Shown here piece after piece: positions 17,601 through 25,437 of a stretch of DNA of 54,179 nt (position 1 is the first letter of the stretch; every line of letters begins with the position of its first letter). A program made the translations under genes and the position numbers. This DNA is from Candidatus Scybalocola fimicaballi (GTDB lineage Bacteria; Bacteroidota; Bacteroidia; Bacteroidales; Paludibacteraceae): assembly GCA_018066165.1 (NCBI GenBank), contig JAGHRX010000099.1, positions 1 to 54,179 of the forward strand. The letters run 5' to 3'. The notes below the pieces were generated by a model. The model searched no databases. It worked only from the letters and a program-made list of their open reading frames with translations, and was not told the DNA's origin.

Positions 17601-19204
17601 TCTTCCGATTCAATCCAGTTCAACTTGTCGATATTGGCGTCTTTGATGCTTGCGGTGAAATTCATCACAGGCATATCCCTGTGTTTCATGTTGACATTTC
17701 CCTCAAACTCACAAGAGATGTTGTCATCCTTGAGTGAGAAATTACCGGTGTAGCTTCTGTCGTTCAGCTTTCCATTCAGCGTCACACCCTGGTAGAGATA
17801 GTCTTTGAAGTAGAAAGTGTCGATCTTTCCGGCAAGCTCCATATCAAACTTTTCAGCCTCGACTTTCTGGATGTCCACCTCAAGTTCAAATGCAGTTTTG
17901 CCCAGACCGCTCTCTTTTCCGAACAGTTTGGTAAGATCGAAATTCCTTGCGGAGGACGCTCCGATGATGCCGAATTTCTCGTATTTGTTGTCGTTGGCTT
18001 TGATCATGACGTCTGTTGATATGTTTCCTCCATCGGTAGCAAGTTCTCCTTCCGCATACAGTTCTTTGAATTTGCCATAGACATTTCCTGCGAATCTGAT
18101 CAAACCGAGAGAGTCGGCAACAGGAGGAAGGTAGACCGGACGGTCGATGATCAACTGACCGATTTTTTTTGCGTCATTGGCAGTCAAAGTGATGGAGTTG
18201 AATTTAGCGTCAATGCCTATAGAGTCGATGCTGAAAATATTGGTGAATTTGAAATCCGCGTCGAACGTCATCGTTTCGCTCATGTCCATCTGGATGGATT
18301 TGAGGTTCATCTCTTGTTTTGAACCAATGATGCTTCCGCTTAGTCTGATATCGTCTTTTGAATTGCGGAACGAGTGGAATAGTGAAGAGAAATCGGCAAG
18401 ATGGATGTTAGACGGCTTTAAGGCGATGTCAATCCTACTGTCGGTATACCGGTGTAAATTCTCTTTGATTTTAGGAAGTTGGATCGACGCGTGCGACAAT
18501 GCCAACTGGCTGTTTTGCGTCTGCGTAACGAATTCGTCGAATTTGATTTCATCATCAGTGACAGTCATGGTTGTGGAAAGATTGCTCAATTCCAATCCCG
18601 ATCTCTCTTTGAAGTGCAGACGGTGCAATTTGTATTCCTGTTCGTTGTTGAACATTGATTCCTTGATGAACAAGGCTCCGTTGATATCGTTTAGCATGAT
18701 ATGTTGCGGACAGAAGATACTGTCGACGTAAGAGACATCTTCGTCGGCAACAAATTCCATTTTGCAATCAGTAAAAGCAAGCGACTCAAGGTCGAAATTC
18801 CAGTCGAATGAAGTGGTGTCGTTAGGGTTGGAGAACGAGTCCACAATAAAATCGTAGTTGTATTTCTGACGATTCTTCAGATATTTTATTCTCGCGTCGG
18901 CTTCGGTAAGCTGGATAGTACGGAAGCTGATGCACGACTTGAAAAGAGGCAGCACATTAAGTGTCACCTTGGCTCTGTCAACGTAAAACAAGGTGTCCTT
19001 TTCTTCGTCTGATATATATAACTGATTGATGATAAATGCGTTGGGAAAGTTCCAATCAATGCGTTCCAAAGATACATCTGCTCCAGTACGCGCTTCGAGA
19101 TCCCTCGTTACTTTGCGTACGACCTTACTTTGTAGTTGCTCATTTTGCAATACAAAATACGCCGCCGTAAATAAGGAGAAAACAAGTGCGGCAAGAATAA
19201 GCAC
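14690..19204 (-). CDS. tamB: Translocation and assembly module protein TamB (DUF490 family)
   Basis: 1504 aa with an N-terminal membrane anchor LILAALVFSLFTAAYFV, a long beta-rich body and a DUF490-like C-terminal region. The only start in frame is GTG at 19204, so the N-terminus is uncertain. Confidence 0.8.
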   Translation of the reverse strand: MLILAALVFSLFTAAYFVLQNEQLQSKVVRKVTRDLEARTGADVSLERIDWNFPNAFIINQLYISDEEKDTLFYVDRAKVTLNVLPLFKSCISFRTIQLTEADARIKYLKNRQKYNYDFIVDSFSNPNDTTSFDWNFDLESLAFTDCKMEFVADEDVSYVDSIFCPQHIMLNDINGALFIKESMFNNEQEYKLHRLHFKERSGLELSNLSTTMTVTDDEIKFDEFVTQTQNSQLALSHASIQLPKIKENLHRYTDSRIDIALKPSNIHLADFSSLFHSFRNSKDDIRLSGSIIGSKQEMNLKSIQMDMSETMTFDADFKFTNIFSIDSIGIDAKFNSITLTANDAKKIGQLIIDRPVYLPPVADSLGLIRFAGNVYGKFKELYAEGELATDGGNISTDVMIKANDNKYEKFGIIGASSARNFDLTKLFGKESGLGKTAFELEVDIQKVEAEKFDMELAGKIDTFYFKDYLYQGVTLNGKLNDRSYTGNFSLKDDNISCEFEGNVNMKHRDMPVMNFTASIKDANIDKLNWIESEDPVTVSFDITTNCTGKTIDDLSGSVTLDNFLCTRGDRYLYLNLFTLNTVPSKNGKKRINIISDYINGNVEGKYSFATLVDNMKQIAYSYLPTLKEMDPKYVEPSTSESANDFTFSFAIENTEPINDIVELPVVIQQKSTLKGFINDSTKKFQLRFEAPLFIYNDNIVEDALLLVENPHEDLKVVCRSTYSDPDKRRYPYYISLNSNAKNDNLDLRLSFSNSEDVTYSGNLSLKTALKGYTKDGLSADISIIPSKVVIKDSVWSIGAGEIELRPKLLDVKKFEIENSYQKFHAQGKTTDLKDDSLRIWFTDLDVTQFSKILDNKYITFGGIGDGDFYLTKLFSNPTIEGKLGLFDAYLNNYPFGDMQAEFGYDKKNNTLIFGTDVVTAWETHEKSEIDGAVYFDNDSLFIDGKLRDIDMKFLRIWLDGVLSNNTGVLNTDVLAYGKFDDIGLEGIGLVRDFDFNIDYTNVKYTFSDTVWMRHNSFRLDGINIKDQEGNNGLLSALILCEGFLHWKYAVNLDSDHLLALNTNETDNDLFYGKAYIGGKVGVSGSGDELNIDIKAKTKKDSKLIVPLDGAKGVDDAGFITFKKNSKMTTQELRRARRQKIQKIREEEAETPIIVNVNAALEATPDAQVSLILDQKLGDAIRARGNGNLTFNYDGRDDLFKMYGQYQITKGDYLFTIQSIIARKFELLDGSTVRWNGDPTAAIVDIDAKYTLSAYVGDILAENNVTTTQVNCLMDISGTISKPTVKFDLDMPNIDDDMMRKVKSVINTDEAMNRNVASLLAFGTFNTSDIGTTNNNMSAMGFAALSSEISGLLSKINNDVNVGVNVRPDQFTQNTEFEVALSTGLFNDRLLLNGNFGRREGLSALQNEISSSAIVDFDVEYKISSNGRFRGKAFNRSSNSYLRNIGSQTQGLGLLYRHDYDDAEELISTYISPFKKMFGKKRRKNDNVNVDDNENKNESQKKDK
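14711..14752. repeat. Hexamer-phased NACGWW array embedded in the tamB 3' end
   Basis: TTCGTT TTTGTT TTCGTT ATCGTC AACGTT AACGTT ATCGTT. It encodes the NDNVNVDDNENKNE tail of TamB. Confidence 0.85.
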
Positions 19205-19222
19205 TATGTAAGTAAGTTTTTT

Positions 19223-19230
19223 TATCTTTG
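19223..19230 (+). promoter_or_regulatory. -7 box TATCTTTG for tsaD
   Basis: Perfect TAnnTTTG 62 nt upstream of the ATG at 19292. Confidence 0.4.
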
Positions 19231-19291
19231 TATAAATTTTGCAGTCATTGAATAATGCTACAAAGTTAATGATAATTAAAAAGATTTGAAA

Positions 19292-20311
19292 ATGTCAATA
19301 AACATTTTAGCGATAGAATCTTCGTGCGACGACACTTCTGCTGCCGTTTTGCAGGACAATATCCTTTTGTCCAATGTGATTGCGAGCCAAAAGGTGCATG
19401 AAAGTTACGGTGGAGTGGTGCCAGAGTTGGCTTCACGAGCTCATCAGCAGAACATTGTCCCTGTGGTGAGTGAGGCGATCAAGCGTTCTGGATTGAAGAA
19501 GGAGGACCTTAACGCTGTAGCTTACACTCGTGGTCCGGGATTGATGGGTAGCCTTATGGTCGGCACTTCGTTTGCTAAGGGTTTCTCATTGTCGTTGGGA
19601 ATTCCGTTGATTGATGTCAACCATCTTCAGGCTCATATTTTAGCCCATTTCATCGAGGAAAAGGGTGAAGACCATAAGTGTCCGCCATTCCCATTCCTAT
19701 GCCTTCTTGTGTCAGGAGGAAACTCACAGATTGTGTTGGTGGAAAACTACAACAAGATGAATATCATCGGTCAGACTATCGACGACGCTGCTGGTGAGGC
19801 ATTCGACAAATGCGCTAAGGTGATGGGCTTGCCTTATCCAGGAGGCCCAGTTGTGGACAAGTTGGCTAAAGAGGGAAATCCAGAGGCATTCAAGTTCTGC
19901 AAACCACATATTCCTGGTTTGGATTATAGCTTCAGTGGATTAAAGACATCTTTCCTTTACACTTTGCGAGACGAGATCGCTAAGAATGAAAACTTTGTTG
20001 CGGAGAATGTCAACGACTTATGCGCGTCATTGCAGACAACTGTGGTGGATATTTTGATGGACAAGCTTCGTAAGGCTGTAAAGCAGACAGGAATCAACCA
20101 CGTCGCTGTGGCAGGTGGAGTGTCGGCAAATTCAGCGTTGAGAGCCGCATTCGAGGATCACGCCCGTCGCTACAAGTGGAACATCTACATTCCAAAGTTT
20201 GGCTACACTACTGATAACGCAGCTATGGTCGGCATCACTGGTTATTTCAAATACAAAGATGGCGATTTCAGCGACGTCTCGCTACCACCATTCGCAAAAG
20301 TCACAATTTGA
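19292..20311 (+). CDS. tsaD: tRNA N6-adenosine threonylcarbamoyltransferase
   Basis: ILAIESSCDDTS N-terminus, SGGNS and VAGGVSAN motifs. The ORF-track start at 19286 is TTG, so I prefer the ATG at 19292. Confidence 0.95.
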   Translation: MSINILAIESSCDDTSAAVLQDNILLSNVIASQKVHESYGGVVPELASRAHQQNIVPVVSEAIKRSGLKKEDLNAVAYTRGPGLMGSLMVGTSFAKGFSLSLGIPLIDVNHLQAHILAHFIEEKGEDHKCPPFPFLCLLVSGGNSQIVLVENYNKMNIIGQTIDDAAGEAFDKCAKVMGLPYPGGPVVDKLAKEGNPEAFKFCKPHIPGLDYSFSGLKTSFLYTLRDEIAKNENFVAENVNDLCASLQTTVVDILMDKLRKAVKQTGINHVAVAGGVSANSALRAAFEDHARRYKWNIYIPKFGYTTDNAAMVGITGYFKYKDGDFSDVSLPPFAKVTI

Positions 20312-20336
20312 TAGAAATTATAAATTCGAAATGCTG

Positions 20337-20372
20337 AATGCGGAATTAAGATTGAATTCTAATTCCGCATTT
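20337..20372 (+). terminator. tsaD terminator hairpin (first copy)
   Basis: 11-bp stem AATGCGGAATT / AATTCCGCATT followed by a T-rich tail. Confidence 0.6.
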
Positions 20373-20382
20373 ATTATGGGCT

Positions 20383-20485
20383 GTTGTTTCAAACGAGGAT
20401 TGTTAAGGGCGGGACGCCCTAACCCTCTCTCCAACGCGAGCCCGTAGGGCGAGCGTGTAAAAAATAAGCGTGTTTGAACAACTCG
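20383..20485 (-). mobile_element. Complete R1 MITE-like element (reverse orientation)
   Basis: Terminal inverted repeats GTTGTTTCAAAC (20383-20394) and GTTTGAACAAC (20472-20482) enclose the GGGCG..CGCCC hairpin and the GCTCGCCCTACGGGCTCGC box. No coding capacity. Confidence 0.65.
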
Positions 20486-20510
20486 TGTATAATTGCCATT
20501 ATAAATTAGA

Positions 20511-20545
20511 AATGCGGAATTAAGATTGAATTTTAATTCCGCATT
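20511..20545 (+). repeat. Second copy of the tsaD terminator hairpin
   Basis: AATGCGGAATTAAGATTGAATTTTAATTCCGCATT, nearly identical to 20337-20371. The flanks ATTATAAATT..GAAATG and TTATTAT are also duplicated. Confidence 0.8.
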
Positions 20546-20796
20546 TATTATTGACAAATAATTGACAATTCGATTTTCGTATGTATTATCAATGTGTATA
20601 ATACAACAGAAAACAGCGTTTTATAATATATTTCACGCTTGGAAAACCCACAAACTCGTTTGTTCTGGAAAACCCCAAAACGGGGAAAACATTAACAAAT
20701 GAAAACCATGTTCGAAGTTGTTTATTTGTTAGGCACGTTTTCTGTTCTAAACTACTCGCGAAACTTGATTGACATAGTTTTATTTAGAAAAATACA

Positions 20797-21270
20797 ATGA
20801 AGAAAGTAAGAAGTCCTTGGCTTGGTCAAGAAGGATATGATTGCATTGCTTGCTCCCCAACAAACCCCATCGGATTGAAGATGGAGTTTTACGTTGAAGG
20901 AGAAGAGATGATCGGAATATGGAAGAGTAAACCACATTACGACGGATGGAGTGGAGTAGTGCACGGAGGAATCCAGTCGTTGATGCTCGATGAGGTCGGA
21001 GCATGGTGGGTTCACTATTTCAAGCAGGCTGCAACAGTCACTGCTAAATTGGAAGTGAAGTTCATTAAAAGTGTGAAATCATCTTGGCCAGAAATAAAAC
21101 TTAAGGCCACAAAGGTCAAAGACTTACGCAAGTTTGTAGCACTGCATATCGAACTCTTGTCACCAGAAGGAGAAGTGTGTGGATCAGCAGAAGGCACATA
21201 CTATATTGTGCCAAAAGAAGAGTCGGAAAAAGACTACGGCTTCCACGGATGCTTCTTGGAGGAAGAATAG
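20797..21270 (+). CDS. PaaI-family (hotdog fold) thioesterase
   Basis: 157 aa with the VVHGGIQSLMLDEVG motif typical of PaaI/YbgC-type thioesterases. Confidence 0.65.
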   Translation: MKKVRSPWLGQEGYDCIACSPTNPIGLKMEFYVEGEEMIGIWKSKPHYDGWSGVVHGGIQSLMLDEVGAWWVHYFKQAATVTAKLEVKFIKSVKSSWPEIKLKATKVKDLRKFVALHIELLSPEGEVCGSAEGTYYIVPKEESEKDYGFHGCFLEEE

Positions 21271-21475
21271 TGTGTCGGATTCGGGTGTCGGGAATAATCC
21301 GGAAATCAATGAAACCGACACCATGTATTCAGTCTTCGACCGAACACATGGAATCGGCTATCGTCGCAAGCGAACCAGGTCCGCTGGACCTGATTGCGTG
21401 GTTAATCTCAGCTAATTTGGTGGATGGTAAGCGTGTGTCGATTCCTGCACGGCAGGTGTCGGTTGCGTTCATTCC

Positions 21476-21952
21476 TCAATACTTCACCAATTCCTTGATG
21501 ATTGATTTGATCTCTCCCTTAGAGATGTAGCCGATGCTCAAATATGGATCTCCCTCTTTCGGAATGAACATAAGTGTCGGAAGCGACTGCACGTTGAATG
21601 CTATGGCAAGACGTGACTCCTCTTCCGCGTTGACCTTGTAGAAATCCACGTCGCCTTTATATTCTTTCGACAATGCCTCCAAACTTGGGGCTATCTTCTT
21701 GCATGGAGCGCACCAAGAGGCATAGAAATCAATCACGATCGGACGGTTGGATTTGTTTGTCCACTTCTGTAGCGTATCGTGCTCGAAATCATAGATTTTG
21801 CTGATAAACTGTTCGTATGATATTGATGGGATAGTATGCTCGTCCGACGACTCCTTCACATCTTTCATTTTTGCCTGTGTCTCGACTCCGTTCTTTGGTG
21901 TGCAGCACGAAAGGGATAGCATAGCTATTATTGCTCGTAGAAAGTTTTTCAT
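21476..21952 (-). CDS. Thioredoxin-family lipoprotein
   Basis: Lipobox LSLSCC and the WCAPCK active site. Confidence 0.85.
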   Translation of the reverse strand: MKNFLRAIIAMLSLSCCTPKNGVETQAKMKDVKESSDEHTIPSISYEQFISKIYDFEHDTLQKWTNKSNRPIVIDFYASWCAPCKKIAPSLEALSKEYKGDVDFYKVNAEEESRLAIAFNVQSLPTLMFIPKEGDPYLSIGYISKGEIKSIIKELVKY

Positions 21953-23037
21953 TTTGCGAATTTTTTAGTTTTTAAATTTGGACAATCGTAGAATGAGAAC
22001 TCTGCCTCAGATTCCACGTTTTCTCCTGTTATCTCTATCAATGAATGGCAGCTCATGAAGGTGCCGTCCTCTATTTTCTTAATTCCATTTGGCAGTGCGA
22101 CGCGGGTTAGCGATTCGCATCCTGAAAACGCTGCCTCTCTGATCGTGAGTAGCGACGCGAGGTCTTGAAGATTTATGTTGGCCAAACTATTGCATCCGTC
22201 AAACGCGTTCACGCCAATCTCCATCAATGATGCTGGGAGTGTGATGCTTGCCAGTTTCTTGCAGTCGGAGAAGGCTCCGTAGGCGATGGCGTTCATCGTG
22301 CCTTTTAACGACAATTCTGACATGTTCTCACATCCGTGGAATGTCATCTTAGGTAGAGTGTCGAAATTGGCCTCTATTGTGGCTGATTTTAAGGCACTAC
22401 AGCCGTTGAAAACGTATTCGCCAAGGGAATCCACGAAAGATGGAATTACCAGCGTCTCCAATCCGCTACGGTCGAAAGCATGGTCGCCGATGGATAGGCG
22501 AGTGTTGCCTGGCTCAAACACTACTGATTTAAGAGCAAGGTTTTCGCCGAATGCCCATGATTTGATATGGCTGACGCTCTTTGGAATGCGTATCGTCTGC
22601 AATGCTCTGCACGCGATAAAAGCGTCGTGATCGATCATTTTTAGCGTAGACGGTAGGGTTGCCGACTCAAGTGATGTGCAGAGGAAGAAACAGTGGTGAG
22701 GCACAACCTCCACTCCCTCAGGAATGGCAATCGATTTCAGTTTGGCGCACTCAGCAAAAGCAGTCGGACCAATTGCCTTGAGTCTCGACGGAAGTTTAAC
22801 CGTCTCCACCTTTCCACATTTAGCGAAAGCCTGTTTGGCAATTTTTGTCACGGCATAATATTTCCCCTCATTCTCCACTGAGTCTGGAATCACCACCGCT
22901 TTCGAGATGGATTTGTTGGCAGACAGAAGCGTCGCCTCTCCCGTCGTCTCATCAAAAGAGAAGGAAAAGGGTGCTGCAGCCCATAGCATGACACTATTGA
23001 GCAATACGGATAGAGTGAGAATGATAAGTCTTTTCAT
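21949..23037 (-). CDS. BspA-type leucine-rich repeat protein (secreted)
   Basis: Signal peptide MKRLIILTLSVLL. Repeated ~23-aa units of the form IP.SV..I...AF..C..L. The stop overlaps the thioredoxin start (ATGA). The track start at 23061 is TTG, so I prefer the ATG at 23037. Confidence 0.75.
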   Translation of the reverse strand: MKRLIILTLSVLLNSVMLWAAAPFSFSFDETTGEATLLSANKSISKAVVIPDSVENEGKYYAVTKIAKQAFAKCGKVETVKLPSRLKAIGPTAFAECAKLKSIAIPEGVEVVPHHCFFLCTSLESATLPSTLKMIDHDAFIACRALQTIRIPKSVSHIKSWAFGENLALKSVVFEPGNTRLSIGDHAFDRSGLETLVIPSFVDSLGEYVFNGCSALKSATIEANFDTLPKMTFHGCENMSELSLKGTMNAIAYGAFSDCKKLASITLPASLMEIGVNAFDGCNSLANINLQDLASLLTIREAAFSGCESLTRVALPNGIKKIEDGTFMSCHSLIEITGENVESEAEFSFYDCPNLKTKKFAK

Positions 23038-23123
23038 CTGACTGCTTTTTAATAAACACAAAGGTAGGATAGTAGACGAATATTTACAACAAAATAGGTT
23101 AAACTTTTGATTCTTAAATGGAA

Positions 23124-23156
23124 AATAAAAAAGAGGAGGGCAAAATGCTCTCCTCT
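23124..23156 (-). terminator. Rho-independent terminator
   Basis: AGAGGAG / CTCCTCT stem with a T-run on the minus strand. Confidence 0.6.
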
Positions 23157-23180
23157 GATATGAAAACTTGGGTTATTCAA

Positions 23181-23900
23181 TTACTTTCTGTTGAAAACCA
23201 TTTTGTCCTCAGTAGTATATCCGAATTCTTTAAGCTCATCTGGAGAAACCATGTTTGCCAATGCTCCTAACTTGCTTGCATCAATAGACATAGACACCTT
23301 CATGTTGACAGTCAACTTGTCTCCATCTACAGTGGCGCTGAATTCATCTATATTTGTAACCATGGCATTGATAATCATATCCATAAAAATAGCCATCTCT
23401 GCCATTTCTCCTAATCCTTCCTTTATCTCTTCAATGGCATCTTCATCCATAGGGACTGGACCCTTCTTTAAAGTGACTGCCTTGCCATCTTCTGTGTACT
23501 CTAAAGTTAAATCAGTTCCATTCAGAGAATACTTTCCTGCCAATCCCTCATTATCAGCAAATGTTCCGTTTTCGTTGAAAATGACTGTGTTATCGAACAA
23601 AAACTCGGATTCATCAGCCTGGCCATTTGTTAGAGATGAACTTGCATTAGCGTCTAATACCCATGTGCCAACGATTCCTTTTTGCTCGTTCTGGTTCTGA
23701 TCGTTACCGCCGTTCTGGTTCTGATCGTTACCGCCGTTCTGGTTCTGATCATTACCGCCGTTCTGGTTCTGATCGTTGCCGCCGTTGTCTACGTTCTCCT
23801 GCTTAGGTTCCTCTTCGTCGTCATCTTCACAAGATGTCATAGAGACTGCTCCGAAGAATAGCATTGACCAAGAAAGCAATGCAAGCAAATGTTTTTTCAT
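23181..23900 (-). CDS. Lipoprotein with an (NGGNDQNQ)x4 linker, unknown function
   Basis: Lipobox VSMTSC, an acidic DDDEEE stretch, then four octapeptide repeats and a ~160 aa globular C-terminal part. Confidence 0.6.
   Translation of the reverse strand: MKKHLLALLSWSMLFFGAVSMTSCEDDDEEEPKQENVDNGGNDQNQNGGNDQNQNGGNDQNQNGGNDQNQNEQKGIVGTWVLDANASSSLTNGQADESEFLFDNTVIFNENGTFADNEGLAGKYSLNGTDLTLEYTEDGKAVTLKKGPVPMDEDAIEEIKEGLGEMAEMAIFMDMIINAMVTNIDEFSATVDGDKLTVNMKVSMSIDASKLGALANMVSPDELKEFGYTTEDKMVFNRK
23688..23783. repeat. Four tandem 24-bp repeats inside the lipoprotein gene
   Basis: GTTCTGGTTCTGATCGTTACCGCC x4. Units 1 and 2 are identical; units 3 and 4 each differ by one base. Confidence 0.95.
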
Positions 23901-23939
23901 TTTTTGAAATTTTGTAGTTAGTTATTTGAATTTAATTCT

Positions 23940-25331
23940 TTATTTCTTAGTGATTTTAGCCACAGCGTCCATGATCTCCTTAGCTACCTTCTCTGCCTCA
24001 GCCTCAGTTGCTGCCTCAGAATAGATACGGATGATTGGCTCTGTGTTAGACTTTCTCAAGTGAACCCAGCTCTCAGCGAAGTCGATCTTAACGCCGTCGA
24101 TGTCGTTAACCTCTTCGTTCTTGTAAGCCTCCTTGATAGATGCAAGCACCTTGTCGACGTCGATGTCTGGAGTAAGCTGGATCTTGTTCTTAGAGATGAA
24201 GTATAGAGGGTACTCCTTCTTCAACTCGCTGACCTTGATAGCCTTATTAGCAAGGTGAGTCAAGAATAATGCGATACCGACCAAAGCGTCACGGCCGTAG
24301 TGGCTCTCTGGATAGATGACTCCTCCGTTACCCTCACCACCGATGACTGCGTTTGTAGCCTTCATCTTAGTTGTTACGTTAACCTCACCTACAGCTGCAG
24401 CGTTGTAAACACCACCACGCTTCTTAGTAACGTCACGTAGAGCACGAGTTGAGCTTAGGTTAGAAACTGTGTTACCTGGAGTCTTGCTCAATACATAGTC
24501 GGCAACTGATACCAATGTGTACTCCTCACCGAACATGTCTCCGTTCTCAGTGATGATAGCCAAACGGTCAACGTCTGGGTCAACAACGAAACCGACGTCT
24601 ACCTTCTCCTTCTTGCAAAGGTCAGCGATGCCAGTCAAGTTTGCTGGAATTGGCTCTGGGTTGTGTGCGAAGTGTCCTGTAGCCTCACAGTTCAAGCCCT
24701 TAACGTTCTTAACGCCAAGACGCTCAAGAAGCTTAGGCAAAATATTTCCACCTACTGAGTTGACACAGTCGATAGCAACAGTGAAGTTAGCCTTCTTGAT
24801 TGCCTCAACGTCAACAAGCTTCAAAGCCAATACCTTGTCGATATGGATATCATCGTAGTTGTTTACGTTCTTTACCTGTCCAAGATTGTCAACCTCAGCG
24901 AATGTGTATTCGTCGTTGTCGGCCATCTTCAACACCTCTTTTCCGTCAGCGTCAGAAAGGAACTCACCTCTCTCGTTAAGAAGCTTCAATGCGTTCCACT
25001 GCTTAGGGTTGTGGCTTGCAGTAAGGATGATACCACCGTCTGCCTTCTCGTTTACAACTGCGATCTCAGTTGTTGGAGTAGATGCAAGACCGATATTTAC
25101 AACGTTGACTCCAAGACCTACAAGCGTACCAGTAACGATTGAGTCTACCATTGGACCAGAGATTCTCGCGTCGCGACCTACAACGATAGTTGCTGCCTTC
25201 TTGCCACATCTCTTTGAGATCCAAGTGCCGAATGCTGCTGTGAATTTTACTACGTCAAGTGGAGTAAGGTTGTCACCTGTTCCGCCACCAATTGTTCCTC
25301 TAATTCCGGAAATTGATTTTATAAGTGTCAT
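23940..25331 (-). CDS. glmM: Phosphoglucosamine mutase
   Basis: MTLIKSISGIRGTIGG N-terminus, phosphoserine loop TASHNP and metal site DPDVDR. Confidence 0.85.
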   Translation of the reverse strand: MTLIKSISGIRGTIGGGTGDNLTPLDVVKFTAAFGTWISKRCGKKAATIVVGRDARISGPMVDSIVTGTLVGLGVNVVNIGLASTPTTEIAVVNEKADGGIILTASHNPKQWNALKLLNERGEFLSDADGKEVLKMADNDEYTFAEVDNLGQVKNVNNYDDIHIDKVLALKLVDVEAIKKANFTVAIDCVNSVGGNILPKLLERLGVKNVKGLNCEATGHFAHNPEPIPANLTGIADLCKKEKVDVGFVVDPDVDRLAIITENGDMFGEEYTLVSVADYVLSKTPGNTVSNLSSTRALRDVTKKRGGVYNAAAVGEVNVTTKMKATNAVIGGEGNGGVIYPESHYGRDALVGIALFLTHLANKAIKVSELKKEYPLYFISKNKIQLTPDIDVDKVLASIKEAYKNEEVNDIDGVKIDFAESWVHLRKSNTEPIIRIYSEAATEAEAEKVAKEIMDAVAKITKK

Positions 25332-25401
25332 TTCTTGTTGTTTTTTTCGTTCAATCCATTATAAATGCAAATCTATAACAAAATTTTAGTGATAAAAAGA
25401 A

Positions 25402-25409
25402 TATATTTG
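25402..25409 (+). promoter_or_regulatory. -7 box TATATTTG
   Basis: Perfect TAnnTTTG 29 nt upstream of the ATG at 25438. Confidence 0.45.
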
Positions 25410-25437
25410 CAAAACCTTTGCTGAAAGGTTAAAATAT

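Noticed and set aside
20199-20557. ORFs 20199-20447 (+) and 20318-20557 (-) downstream of tsaD.
   Set aside because: They run through the duplicated terminator hairpins and the R1 element. They show no motif, promoter or coding-like composition.
21177-21530. ORFs 21177-21530 and 21179-21415 crossing the thioesterase/thioredoxin intergenic region.
   Set aside because: They overlap the 3' ends of both flanking genes and have no start context or motifs. The region is better explained as non-coding repeat or structure (see finding).
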